Shown piece by piece: positions 50,653-61,245 of a stretch of DNA of 64,000 nucleotides (positions are counted from its first letter, which is position 1; each line of letters begins with the position of its first letter). A program made the position numbers and the translations under genes. Origin of the DNA: a virus; the IMG/VR virus record IMGVR_UViG_3300045988_107889, positions 32,001-96,000 of that record. The stretch is one strand, 5' to 3'. Below the pieces are notes generated by a model. That model was given only the letters and a program-made list of their open reading frames with translations. It had not been told where the DNA came from and ran no database searches.

Positions 50653-51363
50653 ATGGAAAAAGAAAATCACGCAACGTTGAACATCTATCAGAAGCTCGCG
50701 GCAGTGCAGAAAGCTGTAGATGTCGTCAAGAAAGACAAGAAGGGGTATGGTTACAGCTACACCTCTGATGTGGAATTGTTGCCGAAGATTAACAGCGCTG
50801 TCGCGGAGTACGGCTTGACACTGGTTCCTGGGATTGTTCAAGGGACAGCAGATGTACGGCCTTTTAGCTACGAGAAAACGAAAGGTGGTAAGACGGAAAC
50901 AGTAAATGAGTTCTTGGTCTCTGCTGATATGGTTTACACCTGGGTCAATAACGACAATCCCGAAGAGAAGATCGTTGTGCCTTGGACGATGACTGGCAAT
51001 CAAGCAGATAGCAGCCAGGCGTTTGGTTCGGCTCTTACCTACAGTAACAGATATTTCCTGCTGAAATACTTTCAGTGTGCTACTACTACCGACGATCCGG
51101 ACTTCATTCGCTCGAAGCAAAAAGAAGAGAAGTCTAAGAACGAACTCGCATCTATCATTGAGGAAATTGACGCAATCGCTAACGACATCGCGGCAAAAGA
51201 TCCTAGCAAGAGAGAAAAGATTAGAGAGTTGGTTACAAAGCACGTAGATAAGCGTGACGAAAATGGGAAGCTGATTCCCACTGGAGACTACAAACAAATT
51301 AAAAAGAAGGCAAGAGCGACTGCTCTGCTGAGAGATTTGAATAAACTACATACGGAGGAATAA
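50653..51363 (+). CDS. ERF-family single-strand annealing recombinase
   Basis: 'IYQKLAAVQKAV..V.KD....GYSYTS.....KI......GL' and 'DSSQAFGSALTYSNRYFLLKYF' match the Erf pattern. Confidence 0.8.
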   Translation: MEKENHATLNIYQKLAAVQKAVDVVKKDKKGYGYSYTSDVELLPKINSAVAEYGLTLVPGIVQGTADVRPFSYEKTKGGKTETVNEFLVSADMVYTWVNNDNPEEKIVVPWTMTGNQADSSQAFGSALTYSNRYFLLKYFQCATTTDDPDFIRSKQKEEKSKNELASIIEEIDAIANDIAAKDPSKREKIRELVTKHVDKRDENGKLIPTGDYKQIKKKARATALLRDLNKLHTEE

Positions 51364-51366
51364 TAC

Positions 51367-51726
51367 ATGGGTTTTCATACTGGCGCGTATGCAACAATTT
51401 GGTCTGTCGAAGACAAAGGTAATTATACAAAGGTAAATCTGTCTGTCAGCCAGAAGAATAAGAACACTGGCGAGTACGAGACTAAATTTAGTGACTTCGT
51501 AAATTTTGTTGGTGCGGCGCACGCTAACGCAAAGGAGCTGAAGCCGAGAGATAGAATTCGTATCGGCGATATGGATGCAACCAATAGCTATAGCAAGGAG
51601 ACGAATAAGCGGTACTACAATTTTGCTGTGTTCTCTTTCGAGTCCGCAGATAACTCCAGAGGCAACTCTGATAATGGCGCAATTTCGGCAAATCAGCCTA
51701 CCGTAACAGATGACGACCCCTTTTGA
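51367..51726 (+). CDS. ssb: single-stranded DNA-binding protein
   Basis: OB-fold-sized N-terminal domain, a disordered tail and the acidic C-terminal tip 'TDDDPF'. Confidence 0.8.
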   Translation: MGFHTGAYATIWSVEDKGNYTKVNLSVSQKNKNTGEYETKFSDFVNFVGAAHANAKELKPRDRIRIGDMDATNSYSKETNKRYYNFAVFSFESADNSRGNSDNGAISANQPTVTDDDPF

Positions 51727-52633
51727 GGTCGTCTCTGACCCTGAATATGAAAGAGCAATTTCAGCTATGCTGTGGAGTTATTCTAGACTGTCTTCGTTTG
51801 ATGACTGCAAGTATGGCTGGTTTGTTCGGTACATAGCGTACAACAAAAAATTAGACCAGGTTTACAGGAAGGTTATGGAGTGGATGAAGGAAAGACTCGA
51901 CGACGAGACTTACCAAAAGGTTCTTGAGCACACGGCGGTAAGAATCAAACCGGAGCCACACTTCTTTTCCACGTATGGCAGATTTATGCACCATGTGCTG
52001 GAGCAGTATTTGTCACAGGCATTGAAGAAAGAAGAGCTTGTACCATATTTCCTGGATCACTATGACGAGAAGGTTGTTGGTAAACCACCGAGCAAAAAGG
52101 TCGAGGATAATTTCTTCAATAATTCACTTTCGTATTTGGAAAACATTGACTTCCCATACGATATCAAAGATATTGTCGCTGTTGAAAAAGAAGTCCACTT
52201 CATGATTGGCCCGTACAACTTTGTTGGTTTTATAGATGTATTGGCCGAAGAGAACGGATTACATATAGCCGACCACAAATCACACGGATTGAGATTCAGA
52301 AGCAACAGAAAGTTCCAGACAGAATATGACAAGGAACTAGACAGGTACTACAGACAGCCTTATATTTACTCAATCCCCATCAAAGAAGAATATGGGAAAT
52401 GGCCTGCGACTTTGGATTTTAATTGTTACCGACATGGGCGGTTTATCGCAGAAGCATTCGACGAAGAACGGCTTGAGCAGGTGAAACAGTGGGTACTGGA
52501 TCGAATCGAAGAGATTAAAAATGAGAGAGAGTTTGAACCAGACCCTGAGTTTTTCAGATGTACATATATTTGTGACACTGCTGAGAGCTGTCCGTTTAGA
52601 GCTAAGAATAATAGGAGATATAAGAGTGCCTGA
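51710..52633 (+). CDS. PD-(D/E)XK nuclease (Cas4/RecB-like) with a Cys cluster
   Basis: 'GFIDVLAEENGLHIADHKSH' (D...D/E.K) and a C-terminal 'CTYICDTAESCPF'. Confidence 0.7.
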   Translation: MTTPFEVVSDPEYERAISAMLWSYSRLSSFDDCKYGWFVRYIAYNKKLDQVYRKVMEWMKERLDDETYQKVLEHTAVRIKPEPHFFSTYGRFMHHVLEQYLSQALKKEELVPYFLDHYDEKVVGKPPSKKVEDNFFNNSLSYLENIDFPYDIKDIVAVEKEVHFMIGPYNFVGFIDVLAEENGLHIADHKSHGLRFRSNRKFQTEYDKELDRYYRQPYIYSIPIKEEYGKWPATLDFNCYRHGRFIAEAFDEERLEQVKQWVLDRIEEIKNEREFEPDPEFFRCTYICDTAESCPFRAKNNRRYKSA

Positions 52634-53117
52634 ATATATCGAGAGAGAATCTCTTTTAGCATACATAAAGGATCTGCCGACATGGTGGGAAGATGGCGGC
52701 GGTGTGTACGGGCCACCAATGAAATACCCGGAAGGAAACTTTGATCCTGAAGATGTGATTAGTGCTATAGAAAATGCCCCAGCGGCGAATGTTTCCTCTG
52801 CGCACTTTCAAGAGTGGCGACTAAGACCAGCCGCCTTTTATATGGATACAATGTCTGAGGAAAGAGAGCTTTCTGTGTCCATCACGGCGGTGTGTTCTGG
52901 GTGTGGGGAAAGGCATCCAAATAATGCAGTAGTATGGTCGCGCAGATTATATGCGCCGGATGGAGAAGAGTATACGTATGAATGGGATTTAGAAGCAGAA
53001 AAGCAAAAAGCTTTAGAGAAGTTTTTAGAAAACCTCAAGCCGTATACATTCGCAAGATATTGCCCAAATTGCGGAGCGAGGATGAATGTAGAGAGTACGG
53101 ATGCAACAATGGAGTAA
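52626..53117 (+). CDS. hypothetical protein with a C-terminal Zn-ribbon
   Basis: GTG start 7 nt after AGGAGA. 'CSGCGERH...YCPNCGARM'. Confidence 0.6.
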   Translation: MPEYIERESLLAYIKDLPTWWEDGGGVYGPPMKYPEGNFDPEDVISAIENAPAANVSSAHFQEWRLRPAAFYMDTMSEERELSVSITAVCSGCGERHPNNAVVWSRRLYAPDGEEYTYEWDLEAEKQKALEKFLENLKPYTFARYCPNCGARMNVESTDATME

Positions 53118-53123
53118 AGGAGC

Positions 53124-55970
53124 GTGGTAGATGGTGAGAACGAAATGCTAATTGAAAAGGAAAAATTACAAAAGGCAAAAGAGAAGATCGGAGATAGAAC
53201 TCCATTCTTGATTGCTGAAACACTTGACCTTAAATTGTTTGATCCGTCTAACTTGAAATCATTATGCCCGGTGCATCAAGAAGACACTCCGAGCTTTATT
53301 TATAATCCGAAAGCCTATAGTTTTCATTGCTTTGGATGCGGCTGCAATATTGATATTATTGATGCTTATGTGATGTCTGGCAATACATATCTTGAAGCGG
53401 CAGAGAAAACTTTTGAAGAAGCTGGGATGGCATATAGCTTTGGAGAGAAAGGCATCAAGACTCATAGGGGGTATCGCTATCCTCAGCAGACTCCGTTAAG
53501 AGATCGGTCAATCGTAAACCAGTACATGGCTACGAGAAAGATTAGTGAAAAGACGTTAGACCATTGTGATGTGCGAGAAGATGAGCATGGTAATGCTGTG
53601 TTCAACTACTACGACACAAACGACGTGCTGACGATGGTGAAATACCGACCGGCCAGAAAAATCGACAAGTCAAAAGGTGAGGCTAAGAACTGGTGTCAGA
53701 AAGGAGCGGACACTCGTCCGCTCCTTTTCAATATGAACAGGGTAAACATAAGTCAACCGTTATTGATAACTGAAGGCGAATGCTTCCCTGGTGACGCAGA
53801 AATTCTAACGCCTGATGGATGGGTTCGGTTTGATGAATATCACGGGCAGGACGTGTATTCGGTGTGTGCGGATGACCTATTTGCTGGTACTTGGTCGAAA
53901 CTGCGTGGCGGATTTGTAAGACCGGTTGCAATTATCAACGAGCACTACGAAGGGTTCCTCTCCTTCATTGCTACGGATAACTATGTGTCGTGTGTAACTG
54001 GAGGCCACAATATTGTAACTTATAATGCTCTTGGTTTTCTAGAGAAGACGAAGGCGAGGAAATTGCCAGATGGTCGGTATAAATCGGCTCCAATTACAAC
54101 GAGTTATTCAGGCGATGGTTTTTTTCTCACTACGGATGAAGTCGAACTATCAATTGCTATATCGGAGAACTGTAGTTATGACAAGAGCAATGGTGAGTAC
54201 AGACTCTTGACGACAGAAAAGAGAAAACGGCGTAGGTTGCGGCGGCTCCTCAAGAAGCTATCCGTTAGTTACGTTGAGACGCCAGTTTCTGATTATGGTT
54301 TTAAATTGCTGTTCAAGATCCCGTCACACGTTCACATAGAACCCGTCTCTTATTCGTGGGTCAGCACCACATCTGAAATACAAAAGCTCGTGATTCTTCG
54401 GCGATTTCAGAAATGGACTGCAGGCTATGCCTGCAAACTGGATAACGCTAATGTGATGCAGACGATTGCTCACACAAGCGGACAGCAATGCTCTGTTAAA
54501 TACCAGTTGTCTACATTGGACGGGAGCTATCGTGTGTCAATCACAGGTAAGAAAAAAGCGGATTTAAACAATATTACATATGACGCGCAGTATTACAGCG
54601 GTCCAGTTTATTGCGTGACGGTTCCAAGTGGAATGATCTTGGTGAGGCAATACGGGACAATCTTTGTTACAGGCAACTGCGACGCAATGGCTGCTATCGA
54701 GTCCGGATATACAAACGCGGTGAGTGTTCCTTTAGGTTCTCAAAATCACCACTGGATTGAGGAGAATATGGATTGGCTAGACCAGTTTTCCGAAATTATT
54801 ATCTGCTCTGACAATGATAAAGCTGGTTATCAAATGGCAAAAGATGTGTGCCCTAGACTTGGTTCCTGGAGGACAAAGGTGGTAGACATCCCGCCAATAG
54901 ATGAAGCAACTGGTAGGCACATTAAGGATTTGAATGAGTTGCTTTATTACAGGGGAAAAGAAGCGGTGATGAACGCAATCCTTAGCGCGAAGGAATCTCC
55001 GATTGACAGTGTGATGGATCTTAGTGACGTCGAGGACGTTAATATTAGCGACTTGGACGGGATTTATTTTGGCATTGAAAGTCTTGACAGGGAACTGTTT
55101 AAACTGTTCTTCGGGACGTTAACGCTCGTGACCGGCACGCCAGGTTCCGGCAAGACCAGCTTCTTGTATCAGCTTATCTGTAATGCGCTTGAGCAAAACA
55201 GAGGTGCATGGATCTTTTCAAGAGAGCTGCCGGACTTCATGAGTAAGGCGTGGATGAATTACTTGCTTGCAGGGCCGAGGAATGTTGAAGAACACACCGG
55301 TAAGAACGGCGCGGTCTACTGGGTTGCTTCGAGAGAAGCGAAAGAAAAAATCAACGATTGTTATAGAGGTCAGTGGTTTGTGTATAAGAATGAATGGCCG
55401 AATGATATTGAGTCAATCCAGGAATCTATGGAAGCCTCAGCTAGAAAGTATGGCAGTAAGTTGTTCTTGTTGGACAACCTAATGACCATAGACCTGCACT
55501 CTTCTGACGAGAATAAGTACGACAAGCAGACCGAGCTGGTCAACTGGCTAATTCAGTTTGCATCAAAGTTCAACGTGTGTGTAATTTTGGTCGCACATCC
55601 GAGAAAAATTCCAAGCGGGACAACGCCGGGGGCGGTCGCGCTGTATGACATCGGCGGCACGTCGAACCTTCCCAATCTTGCACACCGAACATTGTCTCTG
55701 CGAAGAGTGCGGCAGGATGAAAGAGAGCAGGGAACGTCAAAGTTCTCGCAGTATTCCTGTGTCGTGTCCGTAACAAAGGATCGTATGCGAGGAAGAGCTG
55801 GCTTTGAACTTGGGCTGTACTATGACGAAGCGTGCCGGAGGTTCTTTACGAACTACGAAGAGTACGACCGTAGATATAAATGGGATGACAAGATTTACAC
55901 TACCCGCGTTCCATGTGCTCCATTGGATATGGAGTCGGAAGTGTATGGAGTGATACAGGGAGGAGGCTGA
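53124..55970 (+). CDS. bifunctional primase-helicase (CHC2 Zn finger + Toprim + DnaB/gp4-like ATPase), intein-containing
   Basis: 'CPVHQEDTPSFIYNPKAYSFHCFGCGCNIDIID' (CHC2). Toprim 'LLITEGE|...|CDAMAAIESGY....DNDKAG'. Walker A 'GTPGSGKTS'. Start at 53124 (GTG) or 53145 (ATG). Confidence 0.9.
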   Translation: MVDGENEMLIEKEKLQKAKEKIGDRTPFLIAETLDLKLFDPSNLKSLCPVHQEDTPSFIYNPKAYSFHCFGCGCNIDIIDAYVMSGNTYLEAAEKTFEEAGMAYSFGEKGIKTHRGYRYPQQTPLRDRSIVNQYMATRKISEKTLDHCDVREDEHGNAVFNYYDTNDVLTMVKYRPARKIDKSKGEAKNWCQKGADTRPLLFNMNRVNISQPLLITEGECFPGDAEILTPDGWVRFDEYHGQDVYSVCADDLFAGTWSKLRGGFVRPVAIINEHYEGFLSFIATDNYVSCVTGGHNIVTYNALGFLEKTKARKLPDGRYKSAPITTSYSGDGFFLTTDEVELSIAISENCSYDKSNGEYRLLTTEKRKRRRLRRLLKKLSVSYVETPVSDYGFKLLFKIPSHVHIEPVSYSWVSTTSEIQKLVILRRFQKWTAGYACKLDNANVMQTIAHTSGQQCSVKYQLSTLDGSYRVSITGKKKADLNNITYDAQYYSGPVYCVTVPSGMILVRQYGTIFVTGNCDAMAAIESGYTNAVSVPLGSQNHHWIEENMDWLDQFSEIIICSDNDKAGYQMAKDVCPRLGSWRTKVVDIPPIDEATGRHIKDLNELLYYRGKEAVMNAILSAKESPIDSVMDLSDVEDVNISDLDGIYFGIESLDRELFKLFFGTLTLVTGTPGSGKTSFLYQLICNALEQNRGAWIFSRELPDFMSKAWMNYLLAGPRNVEEHTGKNGAVYWVASREAKEKINDCYRGQWFVYKNEWPNDIESIQESMEASARKYGSKLFLLDNLMTIDLHSSDENKYDKQTELVNWLIQFASKFNVCVILVAHPRKIPSGTTPGAVALYDIGGTSNLPNLAHRTLSLRRVRQDEREQGTSKFSQYSCVVSVTKDRMRGRAGFELGLYYDEACRRFFTNYEEYDRRYKWDDKIYTTRVPCAPLDMESEVYGVIQGGG
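53781..54677 (+). mobile_element. intein (299 aa) inside the Toprim domain
   Basis: Starts 'CFPGDAEILTPDGW' and ends '...GTIFVTGN' followed by Cys (+1). Removing it restores 'ITEGE-CDAMA'. The length is an exact multiple of 3. The central part may be a degenerate endonuclease or DNA-binding insert. Confidence 0.8.
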
Positions 55971-55973
55971 TGG

Positions 55974-57920
55974 TTGGATAATTATGTTGCATATCATGTT
56001 CACAGCGACTATTCGCTGCTGGACTCGACGACAGATTTTAACCTTTACATAGAGAAGGCAAAGCAGCTTGGGCAGAAGGCTATTTGCTTCACCGAGCATG
56101 GCAACATCCGTGGATGGGTTGCCAAGAAGATGGCTTGTGATGCAGCAGGTATCAAGTATCTGCATGGCGTGGAGATTTATTTAACGGAGTCTCTGCAGGA
56201 GAAAGTGAGAGACAACTACCACACAATTCTGATAGCGAAGAACCGGCAAGGTTTTTTGGAACTCAATAAGTTGCTCAGTATGTCAACAGATGAGGACCAT
56301 AAATACTATGTTGGACGGCTTTCATTTGATGAGTTTTTGAATATCTCTCCGAATATTATCAAGACGTCCGCTTGTTTGGCTTCACCGCTGAACAAGCTGG
56401 ACGTAAGTCACCCGTACTACGAGAAGCTCGTAAAGAAGTATGACTACCTTGAGATCCAACCGTACGATTGTGAAGATCAGATTGTCTATAACAGACACTT
56501 AGCAGCGCTGTCTCAAAGGTATAACATCCCTTTGATTGCGGCAACAGACACGCACAGTATCGACCAATACTACGCTGAGTGCCGGTCATTACTTGCTTAT
56601 GCAAAGAGTAGGCATTATGACACGGAAGATGATTTTGATCTAACGTATAAGTCGCGCGAGGAATTGGAAGAAGCATTTAGAAAGCAGGACGCTATCCCAG
56701 AAGAAGCATGGCAGGCCGCGATAGACAATACAGTCTTGATGGCAAATCAGGTTGAGGAGTTTGAATTAGATACTTCTTTGAAATACCCAATCCTTTATGG
56801 GTCTGCAGAAGAAGATAGAGAAAAATTTATCCAGAATATTAACGAAAAGCTAGAAGCAAAGTTAGAGGCCGGAATCATCCCAAGAGAGCAAGAGCAAGCG
56901 TTCCGAGACGCAATTAAAGAAGAGCTTAGAGTATTCACAAAACTTGGGATGTGCGGGTTCATGCAATCTATGAGCGAGATCCTTACATGGTGTCATGAGA
57001 ATGGAATTGTAACAGGTCCTGGGCGTGGCAGTGTAGCTGGGTCAAGAGTTGCTTATGTGACAGATATTACAGATGTTAACCCGGAAACATGGCATACGGT
57101 ATTTAGCCGCTTTTGCAATGAGGACCGAATTGAAGCAGGCGATATCGACACAGACGTTATTGAAGATGACCGCCCTAAGATCTTTAATTACATTATTGAA
57201 CGATTCGGGCAACAGAAGACTGCGTTCGTTCCATCATGCGGCACATTAAAAGGCTTGGCGACTATCGAAGAGATTGTGCGTGGGTTCAGACATAAATGGG
57301 CAGAGCAACATCCGGAAGCGGACAAAAACGAAAATCCATATCCAGTAAGTCTAGCGGCAAAGATTAAAGCAGATTACGGAAAGGACGCAGAAACGTGCAG
57401 AGAGAGATACAAAGAAACGTTCTATTATTTTGATGGGTTCCTGAATACAAGAGTATCACAATCTGTACATCCGGCTGGCATTGTGATCAGCCCTGTTACA
57501 TTAGATGATAACTATGGCGTTTTTCACCACAAGGATAGCGGTATCGTACTTCAGATTGACATGGAAGAAATCCATGAGGTGTCTCTCGTTAAGTACGACA
57601 TGCTTGTTCTAAGTACGTTACAAATTATTCGTGACGCTTGCAAACTAGCAAACATCCCATACCCGAAGTCACATGAAATAGATTGGGGTGACCAAAAGGT
57701 TTGGGAAGACATGATGGTTTCCAATATCGGCATCTTTCAGATGGAATCTCCCTTTGCAGGAAAGATGCTAAAGGACTTCAACACGAAGTCAATCTTTGAT
57801 ATGTCGTTGGTGACTGCGTGTATTCGCCCGTCTGGCGCGTCGTATAGAAATGATTTGATAAGTAGAGTTCCACATCATAACCCGTCGCCAATGATTGACG
57901 AGTTGCTTTCGGACAACAAT
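55974..57920 (+). CDS. dnaE: DNA polymerase III alpha (DnaE-type), exon 1
   Basis: PHP 'YHVHSDYSLLDS....FTEHGN'. Catalytic 'GPGRGSVAGSRVAYVTDITDVNP...FSRFCNEDRIEAGDIDTD'. 'HPAGIVIS'. TTG start 8 nt after GGAGGAGG. The exon end is good to a few nt. Confidence 0.85.
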
Positions 57921-58905
57921 GGATTAGAGATAGTCCCGGTGCATAGTAATATGCGCTTGCAAACCCATTGAATTGCTGGAAACCCCTTAGAGCTATATTC
58001 GCCACAACGTAATTTTGAAACAAAGATAAGCGTGATGGTTTGAAAAGAATGTAGATTGGGCAATCAGCAGCCAAGTCTCGAACAGAGAAAGGTTCAACGA
58101 CTATTGCGTATGCAAGTAGGACCGCAAGCGATCGGCGGTTCGAAGCGGTGGGCATCCGGATAAAAACGGATGAAGATATAGTCTACGCTCTATCGAAATG
58201 GTAGAGAATAGTTTAGCGAACTAAGTGCTATGTAAATAAATTATGAAGGAGGTGAATGTATGTATCAATTAAAAGGGAAACAGTTTGGAAGACTGTTGGT
58301 AGTCGATAGAGCTGGTAGCGATAAGGCAAAAAACGCAACGTGGCGTTGCCGATGCGACTGTGGCAAAGAAAAAGTAGTGTCAAGCCGTAACCTAATTGCC
58401 GGAGACACTCGTTCATGCGGGTGTCTTCAAAGAGAGCTAGTTAAAGAAAGAATGACGACACATAAAGCGTCGAAAACAAGACTGTATCGTGTGTGGGCTG
58501 GTATTAAAAACCGTTGTTACAATAAGAATTCTGAAAACTATAAGTATTATGGCGGGAAAGGCATTGCGGTATGCGAAGAATGGCGAAATGATTTTACGGC
58601 GTTTTCAGAGTGGGCAATCGAGAATGGATATAACGAGTACGCGGCCACACAAGAATGTACAATTAACAGGATAGATAACTCAAAAGATTACTGCCCGTCG
58701 AATTGTAGGTGGTCTAACCATACATCACAATGCAATAACCAATCAAGCAATAAACTGTTTACTTACAATGGCGAAACATTAACCATGGCAGAATGGGACA
58801 GAAGAACGGGAATAAAATACACGACGTTAAGAGCTAGAATCCGTCGAGGCGTCCCGTTCGAAGAGGCGATTAAGATGAAAGAGATACATAGCACATAATA
58901 AAACG
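57921..58905 (+). mobile_element. group I intron carrying an HNH endonuclease gene
   Basis: The Pol III frame is broken after '..SDNN(G)' and resumes at '(D)LIYQEDTIKF..'. R-like GTTCAACGACTAT (58093-58104) and S-like GAAGATATAGTC (58172-58183) cores are present. The 5' exon ends in U and the intron ends in G. Confidence 0.8.
58260..58898 (+). CDS. HNH-type homing endonuclease
   Basis: 'W.C.CDCG....CGC', 'YRVWAGIKNRCYN....Y..YGGKGI.VCEEW' and 'INRIDNSKDYCPSNCRW...Q.NN' match a common phage HNH/AP2-like homing-endonuclease pattern. SD GAAGGAGG. Confidence 0.85.
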   Translation: MYQLKGKQFGRLLVVDRAGSDKAKNATWRCRCDCGKEKVVSSRNLIAGDTRSCGCLQRELVKERMTTHKASKTRLYRVWAGIKNRCYNKNSENYKYYGGKGIAVCEEWRNDFTAFSEWAIENGYNEYAATQECTINRIDNSKDYCPSNCRWSNHTSQCNNQSSNKLFTYNGETLTMAEWDRRTGIKYTTLRARIRRGVPFEEAIKMKEIHST

Positions 58906-60090
58906 GATCTAATTTATCAGGAAGATACGATTAAATTCCTGCAACAAATCTGCGGGTTGTCTGGCTCTGAAAGTGACAATATCCGCCGAGCCATTGGTAG
59001 AAAGGACAAAGATAGATTAGACGCTGCGCTTCCAAAAATTCTTGACGGGTATTGTAGTAAGTCAGATAAGCCACGAGAAGTGGCCGAAGAAGAAGCAAAA
59101 GAGTTCCTTCAGATACTGGAGGACAGTGCATCATATCAGTTTGGTTACAATCACTCTATTAGCTATTGTCTGGTTGGGTTTTTGTGCGCGTGGTTGCGTT
59201 GCTATCACCCGTATGAGTTTGTGACGAGTTATCTAAATAATCCAGCAAAGGATGAGGACATCAGAAACGGCACTAAGCTTGCACAGATATACGGGCTGAA
59301 GATTACGCCCCCGATGTTTGGTGCGTCGTCTGACCAGTACATGTTTGACCCGGACAGAAAGATCGTATCCAAAGGTATCAGCTCTGTAAAGTATCTTAAC
59401 AAAGTTGTGCCGCAGCAGCTCTATGCCATGTATCACCAGAAGAAACCGGAGTCATTTATGGAAACACTTCTTAGAATTCGGTCAGAGACGTCGTGCAATG
59501 AGCGGCAGCTACTAAATCTAATTCGGATAGGCTTCTTTTCTGAGTACGGCAACATCCGTGAGTTGCAAAGAATATACGACATCTTCAAATTCTTTAATGA
59601 TGGCACAGCTAAATCTATTAAAAAGACAAAGCTTAAAGATGGGCCGATGTGTGAGATAGTAAAACGACACGCAACAGATATTGGTGTCAAAGGAAACGAG
59701 CTGAAATCCTACACAATCACAGATATGCCAGGCTTATTGGAGGAATGTGAGCGCAATGTTCTAAGTCTTGGTATTGAAGAGGCTGATGTGAAAAGCAGAA
59801 TCAAAGATCAGCTTGAGCTGATGGGGTATATAGATATTACGACTAACGATCCTCAGGACAGAAGGAAACTTCTTGTTCTTGAGACGTTTGAACTAAGTGG
59901 AGCTAATGGAGTGTGGGGTATCGCCACTACGGTGCGGTCTATCGGCACTGGTAACGAGGCAAGACTCACGGTTCGTAAGTCTATTTTTGATAAGAAGCCT
60001 TTCGCTCAATACAATATCCTGTTCGGCGCAGGTTTGTATAAGAACAAGAAAGGGTATTGGTATTTGAACGACTACAAAGTATTGGAGTGA
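58906..60090 (+). CDS. dnaE: DNA polymerase III alpha (DnaE-type), exon 2
   Basis: 'LIYQEDTIKFLQQICGLSGSESDNIRRAIGRKD' parallels 'YQEQVMQ....G....AD.LRRAMGKK'. 'YQFGYNHSISYCLVGFLCAWLRCYHPYEF' parallels 'YgFNKSHaaaY....y..ayLK.hyP.eF'. Confidence 0.85.
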   Translation, partial: DLIYQEDTIKFLQQICGLSGSESDNIRRAIGRKDKDRLDAALPKILDGYCSKSDKPREVAEEEAKEFLQILEDSASYQFGYNHSISYCLVGFLCAWLRCYHPYEFVTSYLNNPAKDEDIRNGTKLAQIYGLKITPPMFGASSDQYMFDPDRKIVSKGISSVKYLNKVVPQQLYAMYHQKKPESFMETLLRIRSETSCNERQLLNLIRIGFFSEYGNIRELQRIYDIFKFFNDGTAKSIKKTKLKDGPMCEIVKRHATDIGVKGNELKSYTITDMPGLLEECERNVLSLGIEEADVKSRIKDQLELMGYIDITTNDPQDRRKLLVLETFELSGANGVWGIATTVRSIGTGNEARLTVRKSIFDKKPFAQYNILFGAGLYKNKKGYWYLNDYKVLE

Positions 60091-60170
60091 TGCAACTGCA
60101 GAAAAGTTTTTGAACAACAGAAGCCCGCCTTGTTGGCGAAAGCAATCATTACAACAGGAGTTTTTACAAG

Positions 60171-60380
60171 ATGAATGATGTACATAAGAAATGTAATGTG
60201 TGTGGTCGTGAACTAAAAGAGTTTAGCCTAGAAAACTACTTTGATATCGACCTTGGAGAGGTTGGATATGGAAGTGTCTATGATGGGCTGCGGTTTTCTT
60301 GCACTTTGTGTTACGACTGCTTTGATAGAATTGTAAACCGTATTGATTTTGCGGTTAACCCATTCACGGAGGAAGAATGA
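60171..60380 (+). CDS. small Zn-ribbon protein
   Basis: 'CNVCGRE....CTLCYDC'. Confidence 0.65.
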   Translation: MNDVHKKCNVCGRELKEFSLENYFDIDLGEVGYGSVYDGLRFSCTLCYDCFDRIVNRIDFAVNPFTEEE

Positions 60381-60703
60381 TCAAGAAATACAAGTACGAC
60401 ATTGAAGAATTCAAACTGATTACGTGTATGGCGGATTTTTTCAAAGGTGTGGATGGTTTGTCTTACGACATGAACCGACTTCACGCCTCGCCGCTGGACG
60501 TTTATATGAGTGAAGGTAATTGCTATAAACTCCTGCTGTATATGCAGAACAGAGTTGACCGGTACAGCCCGCAAAAGAAGAGCTGGGACGCCAAATGTCA
60601 ATACGATTGGATTGAAAGATCTCCAATGGTCAATAACAAGGGCGTTCCGGACGACGAAGTGTGGCTGGTTTTGAGTGATTTGACTGAGGAGGGGATGGCA
60701 TGA
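60377..60703 (+). CDS. hypothetical protein
   Basis: 108 aa. 4-nt overlaps on both sides. Confidence 0.65.
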   Translation: MIKKYKYDIEEFKLITCMADFFKGVDGLSYDMNRLHASPLDVYMSEGNCYKLLLYMQNRVDRYSPQKKSWDAKCQYDWIERSPMVNNKGVPDDEVWLVLSDLTEEGMA

Positions 60704-61245
60704 AGAGTCAAAGCCCCTTGGTTGTCCTGATTTCAGGGAAGGCTGGTTCTGGTAAGGATACATTTGCTGGAATGCTGACGGATGAGCTTGAACAGGCGTA
60801 CGGGAAGAAGGTTTGCACAACTCATTACGCTGATTCTTTGAAATATATTCTCCGCAGTTACTTCAGTTGGGATAGCAAGAAGGATTCTTGCGGCAGAGAG
60901 CTTCTTCAAGTGACAGGGGATACATTTAGAGCAAACAATGAGGATTTTTTTGTGAACTTTGTGGTAGATACCCTACATTCCATCGGGTATCTGTGGGATA
61001 TCGTGCTGATTTCCGACGCGCGGTTCAAAAATGAGGTAGAAAAAGTGAAAGCGGCGTTCAAAACCGTGACCGTGCGTGTTGAGAGAATGGATTGCGGTGA
61101 TGAAACGGCGTTTTGGCGTAGGCATAAATCAGAAAATGAGCTTGACGACTATGATTTTGACTATGTGGTTGAAAATTTGACACTTGAAAGCCTGAGATCT
61201 GAAGCGGATTGGGTCGCAAGTGAGATTATGGAAGGTTGTGGTTAA
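60700..61245 (+). CDS. P-loop (deoxy)nucleoside monophosphate kinase-like protein
   Basis: 'VVLISGKAGSGKDTFA' Walker A, '..GRELLQVTGDTFR', and a size of about 180 aa. It sits next to nrdDG. Confidence 0.65.
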   Translation: MKSQSPLVVLISGKAGSGKDTFAGMLTDELEQAYGKKVCTTHYADSLKYILRSYFSWDSKKDSCGRELLQVTGDTFRANNEDFFVNFVVDTLHSIGYLWDIVLISDARFKNEVEKVKAAFKTVTVRVERMDCGDETAFWRRHKSENELDDYDFDYVVENLTLESLRSEADWVASEIMEGCG

